64,000 nt of DNA, taken from the NCBI GenBank assembly GCA_963719505.1, contig CAVRCF010000001.1, positions 992,001 to 1,056,000 on the forward strand, in the 5' to 3' direction. The stretch is from Halobacteriovoraceae bacterium. GTDB lineage: Bacteria > Bdellovibrionota > Bacteriovoracia > Bacteriovoracales > Bacteriovoracaceae. Below, in pieces: positions 36,052 through 45,854 of the stretch (the first letter of the stretch is position 1; each line of letters opens with the position of its first letter). The notes under the pieces are model-generated. The model had not been told where the DNA came from and did not search any database. It saw only the letters and a list, made by a program, of their open reading frames with translations. The position numbers and the translations under genes were made by a program.

Positions 36052-37755
36052 CTAAATCTCGCACTCTAAAACAATAGGCATGTGATCAGAGAGAATATCT
36101 ATAAAATAACTATAGTAACTTGAATCTTCTAATTGTGATTCAAGAATTCTTGATTGAAAATAATCGACGTAGCGGTCGATTTCGGTCGTATCATCAACAA
36201 GACCGCGTACAGTATGCTCCGTTGAACCAACTCTAAACTTTCTACTTCCAATTCTTAAAATAGTCTCTTTGCCATTTTTAAAAGGAGTAACAAAGCGATC
36301 GATAAGTCTTTGGTACTTCGTTTCATTGTATAAATATTCATACTCAGAGACTCGTTCCGTTCTCACTTCATAGAGGCGTCTAACGTATCTTCCAATGGCA
36401 CCTTTATAAAAGCTTTCAACTTTTGCATTTGCTCTGCCATCACTATTGGTGCACTCAGATGTTTCTTTAGGATCTAGAATGAAGTGGTCAAAGTCGTTGG
36501 ACAAACCTTTTGTCTCTTCTCCATTAGAGTAATATCTTCCTCTTGAAAGAGATGTTTCGTTTTCAATGAAAAGTTCAAACCCTGGAGCGCTGTCTAGTAC
36601 GTATGGCCAAAACTGATTTGAAAACTTGAGATTTAAATCTCCCATATAAATTATATCTTGTTTCCCGAATCGTTTCTTATAGCGATCGATAAAATCTAAA
36701 GTCACTTTCACTTCAGCAAAGCGAGCATAGTTTGATGAGTTCAGTCCAGTGGTCATATCACTGTAATGATCGACTCCAAAAGCTTTAAGCATGATGTTTT
36801 CTCTATCAGCTCGACCATCTGGTGAAGAGTAAACCACGTGACTTGTTAGTAATGTAAAGTCAAAATCATTTGATTTAAAACTGGCCATGAAAGGTCTTCT
36901 TGAAAAGATATCACTTTTATCTTTACCCAGGGCATTCTTATCCATCTTAACAATACAGGCAAAGTTTAAATATTTTGCTTTGGGATCTAAGCTGTCACAG
37001 TATTCATTAAATACTGGCTTTACAATGTTTGCTTTGTAGAAGTAACCGACCAGTTCATGAACGTCTCTAGGCTTTGCAGCCTCACCTTGCGGTGTTAAGA
37101 CAAGGGCCCAGTTGCTTCCACCTTTTAGTTTATGAAGCTCATCTAAAATCTTTAAATAGCCGGGAGTTCTATAACTTAATTTTGCTTTTTCAATTTCTTC
37201 TAAATAAAAGGAAGCAAGCTTTGAAGCGACTTCAATTTCATCATTTAAAGACTTCAGACTTTTATTCCCTTTTTCTTTAGAAAGTTTTTTCTTTAAGTCG
37301 TCTACCTTTTCTTGGTAAAAGCGAACTTTCTCCGGGCCATAAACTTCAATAAATTTTACTAATGATGTATTTTGCTGAAGATCGCGACCAACGAGAGGAA
37401 GAAGCTCGGTCACACCGATGATATCCCACTTGTTCAGAAGACTTGCAATCTTTTGATAGTCCTTAAAACGGGTCTTTGAACTTCCAGGGTGAAGGACGTT
37501 AAATTCTGCAATTTTTAATTTTGATTTTGGCAAAAGTCTTTTGTTTGACTTCTTAAACTCGGAAGAATTGTAGTGGTGATAATTTTTTAGGCAGTCGACT
37601 TCATACTTCGAAGCAACAGCGTATTTTTTTACGTGCTCACATTCAAGTTTATAGTCTCGCCCTGATTTATCTTCACCTGCATAAACGACAACAAATGATG
37701 AATGTATTACTAAACAAAGCCAAACTGACATTGATTTTAATAAATTTACTCTCAT
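36052..37755 (-). CDS. Exported EEP/DNase I-like nuclease with helical insertions
   Basis: LKIAEFNVLH, DIIGVTEL, FSRRPF, LTSHVVY, IYMGDLN, FDHF, LSDHMPI; signal peptide. Confidence 0.85.
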   Translation of the reverse strand: MRVNLLKSMSVWLCLVIHSSFVVVYAGEDKSGRDYKLECEHVKKYAVASKYEVDCLKNYHHYNSSEFKKSNKRLLPKSKLKIAEFNVLHPGSSKTRFKDYQKIASLLNKWDIIGVTELLPLVGRDLQQNTSLVKFIEVYGPEKVRFYQEKVDDLKKKLSKEKGNKSLKSLNDEIEVASKLASFYLEEIEKAKLSYRTPGYLKILDELHKLKGGSNWALVLTPQGEAAKPRDVHELVGYFYKANIVKPVFNEYCDSLDPKAKYLNFACIVKMDKNALGKDKSDIFSRRPFMASFKSNDFDFTLLTSHVVYSSPDGRADRENIMLKAFGVDHYSDMTTGLNSSNYARFAEVKVTLDFIDRYKKRFGKQDIIYMGDLNLKFSNQFWPYVLDSAPGFELFIENETSLSRGRYYSNGEETKGLSNDFDHFILDPKETSECTNSDGRANAKVESFYKGAIGRYVRRLYEVRTERVSEYEYLYNETKYQRLIDRFVTPFKNGKETILRIGSRKFRVGSTEHTVRGLVDDTTEIDRYVDYFQSRILESQLEDSSYYSYFIDILSDHMPIVLECEI

Positions 37756-37832
37756 ATTCTCTCCGCTTTCGGATCATACTTAAATCGATCTAAGGCGATA
37801 AACAGTTTGTAAGTTTTACAAGTTTTAGTCAT

Positions 37833-38411
37833 TTACTCGCAGTCATTATCATAGGTTAGCGTGAGCTTAAGGCTTACATCACTCCATGTTTTGCCTTTGT
37901 GCAGCTCGTTACATTCTTTGTTAATAGACTCGAGGCTCTTCTCCATACCCCAATCCAAAATATCAATAACACCTTTGGCCGTAAACCTTTCGTCTTTATT
38001 GATAACATCTAATGAAATATCTCTTGAGAAGCTATTCATAATGAGTCGTACTTTCAATTTATTGTCTTTGTATTCTAAAGTCTTTCCCTTGATCATTGTT
38101 CCACCGATCATCTTAGAGAAAAAATACTTTACAAGCCTTGCATCTCTCATGGAATTACGACTCCAAACGGAGCGGCTATCGATATTAAACTCTAAGTCTT
38201 TAAAGATCTCACTGAGGTTGTCACCCTTGTATTCGTCTTTTAACCCCAGGTTTCTCAATGTCCCTTTTACGCCAGACTTCTCAGCGCCGGGATACTTGTA
38301 ACCTTCCCAGTGGAGTTCCATATCATCTCTATCAATCACGACGATACATTTTTCCTTAGAGTATCCTAACAAAGAGGATAAAATTAAAATCAGAAATACA
38401 AGCGACTTCAT
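37833..38411 (-). CDS. YceI-like exported lipid/isoprenoid-binding protein
   Basis: Signal peptide; W.GYK....VKG, IDSRSV.S.N..RD.RL, W.DV.L pattern. Confidence 0.75.
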   Translation of the reverse strand: MKSLVFLILILSSLLGYSKEKCIVVIDRDDMELHWEGYKYPGAEKSGVKGTLRNLGLKDEYKGDNLSEIFKDLEFNIDSRSVWSRNSMRDARLVKYFFSKMIGGTMIKGKTLEYKDNKLKVRLIMNSFSRDISLDVINKDERFTAKGVIDILDWGMEKSLESINKECNELHKGKTWSDVSLKLTLTYDNDCE

Positions 38412-38418
38412 AGACTTC

Positions 38419-38871
38419 CTAAATATTTAAATGTTCAAATTGGAGATGAGCATACCTTTTAATAAGCTCCTTTAAAACCTTAATATTCTTGGAATTGAGA
38501 GATTTATTGAAGAGGTAAATAAGTTTTCTTTCTTCACTTAGAAGAGACTTAGAGATCTCTATCTGGTTATAGACAGAGTTTAGATCTTCAGGTTTTTCTA
38601 TGACTTGATGAGACAAAAATAGAGGAGAGCCGAAACTTTCTGTGAGAAAGTAATTGGATCTATTGTTTTGATTTTCAATATTCTGAATAGATTTTGTAAG
38701 AAGCCCATTGGTGAGATAATTAAATTCGTACACTCCAGTGAGTGTTGACTTTAAAGGGGAGTCCGTTAGCCAAATGACTCCAGCTGTTTGGGGGCTAATA
38801 AGTTCAGAAAGAAGATCAATTGGACCTTTAGGCATTGATTTCATTCTTGGAGAGGTTGTCCAAAATTCCAT
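38419..38871 (-). CDS. Hypothetical protein (true start probably 38835 or 38844)
   Basis: ORF overlapping the nusB 3' end; no family recognised. Confidence 0.6.
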   Translation of the reverse strand: MEFWTTSPRMKSMPKGPIDLLSELISPQTAGVIWLTDSPLKSTLTGVYEFNYLTNGLLTKSIQNIENQNNRSNYFLTESFGSPLFLSHQVIEKPEDLNSVYNQIEISKSLLSEERKLIYLFNKSLNSKNIKVLKELIKRYAHLQFEHLNI

Positions 38872-39274
38872 TTACGAAAGGACCAGAGTCCACACTTCCA
38901 AATTTCTTAGAGATTTCGATAGCCTCGTTAATGACAATATTAACCGGAGTTGATTTATCATGGAGCATTTCATAGCTCGAAAGAAGTAGAATCGTGTGAT
39001 CAACTTTTGAAATTCTACTTAATTTCCAATTTTTTAAATATTTCTCAATAACAAGTTCTAGTTCTTTATAGTTTTTAAAGGTTCCAAGAATCAATTGGTT
39101 AGAGAAATCTGTTAAGTCCGAACTTAATAAAGTGTTTGTGCTTTCTTTGTAATCTTCAATAGAAGAAAGAATTTCTGCTTCACTAAGACCCGCTTTGAGT
39201 TCTTCAAAGACAGGGAGTTGAACATGGAAAAAATACTGAAAACAAAATTCGCGAGCTTCTCTTTTTTTATTCAT
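38828..39274 (-). CDS. nusB: Transcription antitermination factor NusB
   Basis: REARE, NWKLSRI, INEAIEISKKFG, FVNGILD. Confidence 0.95.
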   Translation of the reverse strand: MNKKREAREFCFQYFFHVQLPVFEELKAGLSEAEILSSIEDYKESTNTLLSSDLTDFSNQLILGTFKNYKELELVIEKYLKNWKLSRISKVDHTILLLSSYEMLHDKSTPVNIVINEAIEISKKFGSVDSGPFVNGILDNLSKNEINA

Positions 39275-39286
39275 TTTGGCCTTAAC

Positions 39287-39763
39287 TTATTCGTATCTTA
39301 AACTGGAATTAAATGATTCTTCTTCATGCTGTAGGTCATGAACAAACTCTTCAACATCTTGAAAAGTTCTATATACAGAGGCAAACCTAATATAAGCTAC
39401 AGGATCAAGATTTCTTAGATAATGCATAAGAAGTTGGCCTATGTCTTTAGATTTGATTTCTTTATTTGAAATTTCAAGGATATTTTTTTCAATATTGTCG
39501 ACAACTCGTTCGATCTGTTCAGTAGAGATAGGTCTTTTTCCGCACGCTTTGCCAATGCTTTTTAGGATTTTCTCTTTTTGATAGGGTTCTCGTCGTCCAT
39601 CTAGTTTGACAACCACCGGCATTTGGATCTCGATGCTCTCATAGGTTGTGAATCTTCTCTCGCAAGCCTCGCATTTTCTACGACGGCGAACGGAAAGCCC
39701 CTCTTTGAGGAGTCTAGAATCGACAACTTTGGTTTCATTTGCTTCACAAAATGGACATCTCAT
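39287..39763 (-). CDS. nrdR: Transcriptional repressor NrdR
   Basis: MRCPFC, VVDSR, RRRRKC..C..RFTTYE, ATP cone, DPVAYIRFASVYRTF. Confidence 0.97.
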   Translation of the reverse strand: MRCPFCEANETKVVDSRLLKEGLSVRRRRKCEACERRFTTYESIEIQMPVVVKLDGRREPYQKEKILKSIGKACGKRPISTEQIERVVDNIEKNILEISNKEIKSKDIGQLLMHYLRNLDPVAYIRFASVYRTFQDVEEFVHDLQHEEESFNSSLRYE

Positions 39764-39884
39764 AAACTAATTCCTATCAAATTTGAGGGGAATTTACCTA
39801 ATCACTAAACCTCTGTCAAAGTAAGAGTAGGTCTATGTAAAGGTTTCTTTGGAGCACCGCGCATAAGTGGTATTAAGATTTATT

Positions 39885-39914
39885 TTGACGTTAAGTCTCG
39901 CTCATTGATAGGAT
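39885..39914 (+). promoter_or_regulatory. sigma70-type promoter of the small-peptide gene
   Basis: TTGACG-N18-TAGGAT with extended -10 TGn. Confidence 0.55.
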
Positions 39915-39944
39915 TTAGGTACACACAAACTTCGAGAGGTATTT

Positions 39945-40013
39945 ATGTTTTTTCTAAAACAATTAGTACTTGTTATTGCATTAGTGGTGCTTGTTCAGCA
40001 GGCATTTAGCTAA
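39945..40013 (+). CDS. Unannotated 22-aa hydrophobic peptide MFFLKQLVLVIALVVLVQQAFS
   Basis: GAGAGGT RBS 4 nt before the ATG; promoter upstream and terminator right after the stop. Confidence 0.6.
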   Translation: MFFLKQLVLVIALVVLVQQAFS

Positions 40014-40046
40014 AAAAAAAGAGGACTCTTACGAGTCCTTTTTTTT
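40012..40046. terminator. Bidirectional Rho-independent terminator
   Basis: A-tract, AGGACTC-TTAC-GAGTCCT hairpin, T-tract; lies between the convergent peptide and Kazal genes. Confidence 0.88.
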
Positions 40047-40371
40047 ATTCACATGGCTCTTCGTTCACTACTTCAGTCTTAGCACATCCAGCTAGACACT
40101 TATTTCCATAAGTGTTTCCATCAGCACCGCAAACGGGCATATATTCTTTTGTACAAATACACATGTCGTTTTCCTCAGCAATTCCCGCTGGAGCCTCTTC
40201 CGTTGTTTCAGCATACTCATCTGACTCAGAGTCCATAGGTTTCATTTTAGTTGTTTCGACATTATCCTCTTTCATTTGTTCAGTCTTCTCTCCGAAACAA
40301 GAGACGGCCAATAAGGTCATTGCCATTAATAGTAGTAATTTCATCATTTCTCCAAGTGACATTATAGTCAT
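40045..40371 (-). CDS. Lipoprotein with C-terminal Kazal-type serine protease inhibitor domain (likely start MMKLL at about 40347)
   Basis: Lipobox LAVSC; acidic linker; CICTKEYMPVCGADGNTYGNKCLAGC...C. Confidence 0.88.
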   Translation of the reverse strand: MTIMSLGEMMKLLLLMAMTLLAVSCFGEKTEQMKEDNVETTKMKPMDSESDEYAETTEEAPAGIAEENDMCICTKEYMPVCGADGNTYGNKCLAGCAKTEVVNEEPCE

Positions 40372-40468
40372 TATAAAATTTCAGTCTTAGAGAATTCTAA
40401 TAAATTAAAACCTCTTTTCAAAGCTTAAATAAAGGAAATCTGCTAGCATTGGGACAAAAAGGAAAAAT

Positions 40469-41320
40469 ATGATCTGGGAAAAAGTGAAAACCTATACGGA
40501 TATTACTTATGAAAAGCTTGAAGGGCACGGAATAGTTAAAATTGCTTTTAACAGGCCAGAGCTTAGAAATGCATTTCGTCCGCACACTGTGGATGAGTTA
40601 TATGCGGCTTTGAAAGATGCTAGTGAAAATCCAAAAGTCGGAGTTATAATCCTCACAGGTGAGGGACCTAGCCCAAAAGATGGTGGACATGCATTTTGCT
40701 CCGGTGGAGATCAATCCGTTAGAGGCAAGAATGGATATGAAGACGCTCAGGGCGAAAGTGGGTTTGGAAAGCTCCATATCTTGGAGTGCCAAAGACTTAT
40801 TCGTTTTATGCCTAAAGTCGTTATATGTGCTGTCAATGGTTGGACCGCTGGTGGAGGACATTCGTTACATGTTGTCTGCGATTTAACTTTGGCTTCTTTA
40901 GAGTTTGGAATGTTTAAACAAACAGACGCAGATGTTGCAAGTTTTGATGGCGGTTATGGTTCGGCTTTACTTGCAAAACAAGTTGGCCAAAAAAGAGCAA
41001 GAGAAATTTTCTTTCTAGGAAAAGCTTATACCGCTCAAGAGGCTTATGAGATGGGAATGGTCAATGCTGTCGTTCATCATGATAAGCTGATAGAGGAATG
41101 TGTGGATTGGGGAAAAGAGATCCTAACCAAGTCACCGACAGCAATAAAGATGCTAAAGTACAGCTTTAACTTGCTTGATGATGGACTTGTAGGGCAACAG
41201 CTCTTTGCCGGAGAAGCGACAAGGATGCTTTATGGTTCAGAAGAAGCTTGGGAGGGGAAGAATGCATTTCTTGAAAAGAGAAAAAGAGACTTCTCTAAAT
41301 TTCCTTGGAATTATAAATAG
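40469..41320 (+). CDS. menB: 1,4-dihydroxy-2-naphthoyl-CoA synthase
   Basis: FNRPELRNAF, AFCSGGDQ, GGGHSLHVVCDLT, SFDGGYGS, QKRAREIFF. Confidence 0.97.
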   Translation: MIWEKVKTYTDITYEKLEGHGIVKIAFNRPELRNAFRPHTVDELYAALKDASENPKVGVIILTGEGPSPKDGGHAFCSGGDQSVRGKNGYEDAQGESGFGKLHILECQRLIRFMPKVVICAVNGWTAGGGHSLHVVCDLTLASLEFGMFKQTDADVASFDGGYGSALLAKQVGQKRAREIFFLGKAYTAQEAYEMGMVNAVVHHDKLIEECVDWGKEILTKSPTAIKMLKYSFNLLDDGLVGQQLFAGEATRMLYGSEEAWEGKNAFLEKRKRDFSKFPWNYK

Positions 41321-42339
41321 ATTTTCTTAAGTTTACCACTTGGAGTGTATTCAAAATTTTTAACAATTCTAATATGGAAAATATTAAATTGTTTAAGAGA
41401 GGAAAGATCTATTTCATCTTTTGAAATAACGACTGGCTCTTGGCCCCTTGATCTAGATGGAAGAGATGTTAAATAGAATTCAAAATCTAATAAGAAGCTT
41501 TTTTTTATCTGCTCTTCAAGATGATCCAAGTCGATAAATAAACCAGAGCATTTTATTTTTCTATCACTCCTTCCAAAAATAGTTAAACTATTTCCTTCTA
41601 CTGTGCCCATATCATTTGTTTTAAATACTAACTCTGAAGCTTGCTCTTTAACTATCCCAAAGGAATCAACTGTGAAGAGCCTATCGAAAATGAAAGGGGA
41701 GGTAATTTCAACTGTCTTTTTTACTGAAACGTTATTCCAAGGAAGTATTGAAAAAGTGTTGTATTGATCTAAAGTTGAAGTTGCAACTTGAGAACAAACT
41801 TCACTTGCACCGTATGTTGGATAGAAAATAGAAGGGTGCCTTTTTAGTAAATTAAAATCTTCAACTGATAAACTATCACCCCCAATAAAAACCATCTTAA
41901 CAGAATCTGGGAAACTAAGATTTTTTTTAAGGAAGTCGTGAATTTGTCGAGGAACTAAGGAGAGATGTGTAATAGAGTGCTCTTGGCAGGAACTAACAAT
42001 CGCTTCAATTGAGAGGTCAGAGGGACTAAATATAGAGGCTCCATTTTCGTATGCTCTAAACATAATAGAAATACCACCCATGTAAAATGAAGGAAGTGAT
42101 AGAAGCCAGCGGTCAGTGGATTTTATATTAAAGAAATGATTCATTTCTTTTGCGTGACCAAGCATTTTTAAAAAAGAAATTTCAAAAACTTTAATCTTTG
42201 ATGATGTTGTGCCAGAGGAGCAAAAATAGAGATATCCCTTTTCTTTAAAGTATTTACTTCTTAGGTCTTTCCAAAGGTCGATGTCAACATCTGGACGACG
42301 AAAAAATAGAGAGGTGTCTAAATCTTTAATCTGTTCCAC
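41311..42339 (-). CDS. menE: O-succinylbenzoate-CoA ligase (short, divergent)
   Basis: SSGTTS..K, SLVP.Q, IGG, TYGASE..SQ, FKTNDMG, GR.D..IK.SG, SGKL; men cluster context. Confidence 0.8.
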   Translation of the reverse strand: MEQIKDLDTSLFFRRPDVDIDLWKDLRSKYFKEKGYLYFCSSGTTSSKIKVFEISFLKMLGHAKEMNHFFNIKSTDRWLLSLPSFYMGGISIMFRAYENGASIFSPSDLSIEAIVSSCQEHSITHLSLVPRQIHDFLKKNLSFPDSVKMVFIGGDSLSVEDFNLLKRHPSIFYPTYGASEVCSQVATSTLDQYNTFSILPWNNVSVKKTVEITSPFIFDRLFTVDSFGIVKEQASELVFKTNDMGTVEGNSLTIFGRSDRKIKCSGLFIDLDHLEEQIKKSFLLDFEFYLTSLPSRSRGQEPVVISKDEIDLSSLKQFNIFHIRIVKNFEYTPSGKLKKIYL

Positions 42340-43133
42340 TTTAACTCCCGAAGCTTCTTATACTCTTCAGTGACGACTTCTTTTTTGATAAAAATTTTGT
42401 TTTGAGATATCTGGTAAAGTTTAGGAACAAAGGGATTGTAGATACCTTGAATTCTTCTGGTATCACCAAGCTTCAGTAAGTAACAATAACTATGCCATGA
42501 TCCCAGGAGACCTTCAAATTGATTTGAAAAGATACTCTTATAAGCTCGAGGATCATGAGGATTAATAGTTGGTCTATAGATAATCGGAAAACCTCTGTAG
42601 TCATCTGTCTCTTTACTTAGATTATAGAGATGGTCAATCGCAAGCGGTACTTTGTAGTTTTGATAGAGGTCAAAGTCGAAAGGAAAGGGATCTTCAATGT
42701 ATTCAATTTTATTAGTCTCTATATTTTGAATAAAATGATCAAAGCTCTCTTTTGTATAAAAATTATTGCAATCGAGTCTTAGTTTCGAAAACTCTTTTTG
42801 ATATTTTTGAACAAGGACTATATCATCCTCAATCCTTCCTGTTAACTTTAGCTTAAGTGTGTCACTTAACTTGTGGAGTTGATTTTGATAAAAAAGTGAG
42901 TGATTTTGAAAAGAAAGGTTCTCTTTAATTGTTTTTGTTGAAAATTCAAAAGCATCAAAATAGGCATTAGACAGGATAAAATGTCGTTTTCTACTTCTTA
43001 TTATGTCGACGATTTCGCCAAAAGAGGGGTAACCCAATTTTTTTAGTTCATGGTATTCGCTGTATCCAATAGCGCTTCCAAAATCGACCTTAAACAAAAT
43101 AAAATGGGATTTAAAGTGATAGTAAACTTTCAT
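42318..43133 (-). CDS. menC: O-succinylbenzoate synthase (minimal, divergent enolase-superfamily)
   Basis: KLK, LRLDCN, YIEDP and LAID catalytic motifs; men cluster context. Confidence 0.7.
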   Translation of the reverse strand: MKVYYHFKSHFILFKVDFGSAIGYSEYHELKKLGYPSFGEIVDIIRSRKRHFILSNAYFDAFEFSTKTIKENLSFQNHSLFYQNQLHKLSDTLKLKLTGRIEDDIVLVQKYQKEFSKLRLDCNNFYTKESFDHFIQNIETNKIEYIEDPFPFDFDLYQNYKVPLAIDHLYNLSKETDDYRGFPIIYRPTINPHDPRAYKSIFSNQFEGLLGSWHSYCYLLKLGDTRRIQGIYNPFVPKLYQISQNKIFIKKEVVTEEYKKLRELKWNRLKI

Positions 43134-43960
43134 ATTACAGCAATGTAGAGGAGGGTTGTTGTTAGGAGATTTAAAAGGGCGACCTTAAAGATTTTTTGTC
43201 GGTTAAGGTTTTTATAAATGAAAATCACAAGCAATATATCTGTGAAAAGAGAAATCAAAAAGAGGTAGCGAGAAGTACAAAAAGTAAAAATAAGTTTGTG
43301 CATAGTGGTAGATAAAATAAAAGCTAGAAATATAAGCTTAGAACTTTTTTCATATTTAACAGCAATTGTTCTCTTTCCAAATTTTTTATCTCCCTCAAGG
43401 TCTCTGTAGTTATTAGCGTAAATAATAAGAATACTTAGCATTCCAAAGAGAGATCCACTAACGAACATCAAGAGGGAAAGAGCACCAGTTAAGGCATAAA
43501 ATGTTCCAATAAAGGCAACAAGTCCAAAATAGATGTAAACAAAGATTTCTCCTAATCCATTGTAGGCCAGAGGAAATGGTCCTCCAGTATACCCATATGC
43601 AAAAAATAATGAACTTAAGGCCAAAGGAATATAGAGAAGACTTATCTCAAAAAGGGCAAGAGATGATATAAAACAAATCAAAAGTGATACAAAGCCCAAA
43701 GACCACAGAACATTTTTATTTGCTAAAGAGCTCATTCTTGCATCTCCAACTCTAATGTCGTCTACACCATTTTTTCCATCGATGAGATCATTAAATATAT
43801 TAACGGCGATCTGAATAAAAATCCCTATTAAAACACAGTTTAAGAGCAAGCCTTTATTTATAATTTCTTGAGAGCTTTGTGCTAAAACAAAAGCACTAAA
43901 AACAGGAGCCAAAGAGGCGATCAGAGTTTGAGGTCTTGTTGCTTTTAGGTAGACGATCAT
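43130..43960 (-). CDS. menA: DHNA polyprenyltransferase
   Basis: ATRPQTL, NIFND..DG..GVD, YTGGPFPLAYNGLGE, NNYRD..GD...GKRT; start set at MIVY 43960 (ORF track extends to 44017). Confidence 0.92.
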   Translation of the reverse strand: MIVYLKATRPQTLIASLAPVFSAFVLAQSSQEIINKGLLLNCVLIGIFIQIAVNIFNDLIDGKNGVDDIRVGDARMSSLANKNVLWSLGFVSLLICFISSLALFEISLLYIPLALSSLFFAYGYTGGPFPLAYNGLGEIFVYIYFGLVAFIGTFYALTGALSLLMFVSGSLFGMLSILIIYANNYRDLEGDKKFGKRTIAVKYEKSSKLIFLAFILSTTMHKLIFTFCTSRYLFLISLFTDILLVIFIYKNLNRQKIFKVALLNLLTTTLLYIAVI

Positions 43961-44568
43961 TTCATTCCTCGCTCGATACTGTCCATAATCATGTAAATAG
44001 GAGCTCTGTGTCCGCACTTTGCATGAATGACTGTGTTTTCAAATTTAATATATTGTTCTAAAATTTTATGATCTAGCTCTCCACAATGAAGAGTTATCTT
44101 GTGCTGAAAAGTTGATACAAGGTTGTTATAATCTGGAGAGTTTGAAAGTCTATTGTTGTCAAATAATTCTCTGTATAGGGGCATCTTCTTTAAATTGATA
44201 TCAATCTTTTCATCATTTTTGAACAAGGGAAGCTGATTCCAAAATGTGGAGAAAGTATCCTTTTTCATTTGCTCTAAAATAGAATCTTCAAGCTTTATTC
44301 TTTTAGCTTTATTGTCACATCCAAGATGGGTACTGACTATATGAATATGATTAACGTCTGGTAGCCCCTCGGAATCTATTAAGGACAGAAGCTTCCTGCC
44401 ACCAAAAGAATACGCGATAATTGTCGTCTCAGAAGAAAGCTTTAAGTCGGATAGAGATTTTAGAAAATAGGGTGATTCTACTCTGCAGTTTTTTGGAGCT
44501 CGAATGTTTTCGCCAAAGAGTCCATGAATAAAGACCACCTGTGCTGCACTCATTTTAGTTTTTCCCAA
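43957..44568 (-). CDS. menH: Alpha/beta hydrolase, SHCHC synthase-like
   Basis: FIHGLFG, AYSFGGR, GELDHK, CGH; directly after menD. Confidence 0.7.
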   Translation of the reverse strand: MGKTKMSAAQVVFIHGLFGENIRAPKNCRVESPYFLKSLSDLKLSSETTIIAYSFGGRKLLSLIDSEGLPDVNHIHIVSTHLGCDNKAKRIKLEDSILEQMKKDTFSTFWNQLPLFKNDEKIDINLKKMPLYRELFDNNRLSNSPDYNNLVSTFQHKITLHCGELDHKILEQYIKFENTVIHAKCGHRAPIYMIMDSIERGMK

Positions 44569-45854
44569 AGTCTTGTGTTGTGGTCTCTACTAATAAGAAC
44601 CTCTTTAAAGTTAGGGGGAAGGACAATCTTATCAGAGAGAGTCATTGTATGACCATTTACCATTCTAGCGTCAAAAGAGTACCTCTTAAATATTTCCCCG
44701 CCTCCGTTATTAATGATGAAAACCTCGAAGTTTTTAGGCATTTCTCGAAAAATAATATTGGCATCATACATAAAGGTTTGATCTCCAACGATGGCTACAA
44801 CTTTTTTCTCGGTCCCATTCGCTATTCCTAATGCCGTCGATAACTGACAGTCAATACCGTTGAGTCCTCGCGAGACCATGATCTTCGATTTTTTTATCGG
44901 ACAGTGTTTGGCATTTCTGATCGTAAGACTATTTCCCAGGTAAAAAATGGTATCGTCACTATCGCGTTCACAGATGATTTTTCTAAGCTGGAAGATTTCA
45001 CTCAAAGGAAAGTCATCAATAAGTTGGGAGTGCATATTTTTTAGTTCGAATTTATTTTTGTGAGTATCAAAGACTTTCAATATCTCGCCCACGCTGCCTT
45101 TTCGATTTTTTCCAAAGCTTAACCCGAGGGAAGCTTCTTGGGTGAAATGATTTACTTCAGGAGGATTAACGGTTCTTTCTAACTTTCGCCAAATTCCACA
45201 GTTTGGCATTGATCCCATTCGAATAATACAGCTAAAGAGACCTTGCATGTAAAGAGAATCAAGCTGTTCATCATCCAATATTTCTTCATCCGTGCGCATT
45301 TGGAAAAAGGGAGAGGTCACTTCTTGGTGAATTAGGCAATTAGTCTCCTTCAAATTTCGATATTGATCATGGGTCAAAGGAGCATTCTCATTTAAGATCA
45401 CCAAGGGGTACTGGAGCTTAGCAATTGGTAGAATGATTTTCTTTTCTTCGAGGTCAGCGTTGATATTAATATGTTTTGGATATCTATCGTCGTCAAGCGT
45501 TGTTGAACGGATGAAGGACACAAGGCAATTCTCTTGGTGGGTTGTTTGAGGAGCGTAGACACTTTTTAGTCTATCCGGTCTATCATAGGAGATAACAATA
45601 AGTTTAAGATGGGAGTGGTAAGCTTCCATAACAGCGGGCAGAGTTTCTCCTACAGCTGTGCCGGAAGTTGTCACCACCGCACAAGGCTTGTCGGTTTGCT
45701 TACTCATTCCCAAAGCCTCAAAAGCTGCAGCTCTTTCATCAAAGTGAAAAATTATTTTTGATTCAATACCCTCTAATTTTAAAAAAGGTTGGTTCCTCGC
45801 CCCAGGGCACACGATAAACGAGTGAATCTTTTCAAAACCTTTATCCACAGACAA
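44550..45854 (-). CDS. menD: SEPHCHC synthase (compact)
   Basis: CPGARN, DERAAAF.ALG, TTSGTAV, DRP, GNSL.IR, RGLNGID, GDQTF.YD.N, INNGGG.IF. Confidence 0.9.
   Translation of the reverse strand: MSVDKGFEKIHSFIVCPGARNQPFLKLEGIESKIIFHFDERAAAFEALGMSKQTDKPCAVVTTSGTAVGETLPAVMEAYHSHLKLIVISYDRPDRLKSVYAPQTTHQENCLVSFIRSTTLDDDRYPKHININADLEEKKIILPIAKLQYPLVILNENAPLTHDQYRNLKETNCLIHQEVTSPFFQMRTDEEILDDEQLDSLYMQGLFSCIIRMGSMPNCGIWRKLERTVNPPEVNHFTQEASLGLSFGKNRKGSVGEILKVFDTHKNKFELKNMHSQLIDDFPLSEIFQLRKIICERDSDDTIFYLGNSLTIRNAKHCPIKKSKIMVSRGLNGIDCQLSTALGIANGTEKKVVAIVGDQTFMYDANIIFREMPKNFEVFIINNGGGEIFKRYSFDARMVNGHTMTLSDKIVLPPNFKEVLISRDHNTRLWEKLK

Noticed and set aside
37807-37821. TTGTAA-GTT-TTACAA palindrome upstream of the nuclease; possible Bdellovibrio-type LexA box
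   Set aside because: Half-sites are in the opposite order to TTAC-N3-GTAA, and AT-rich palindromes of this size arise by chance.
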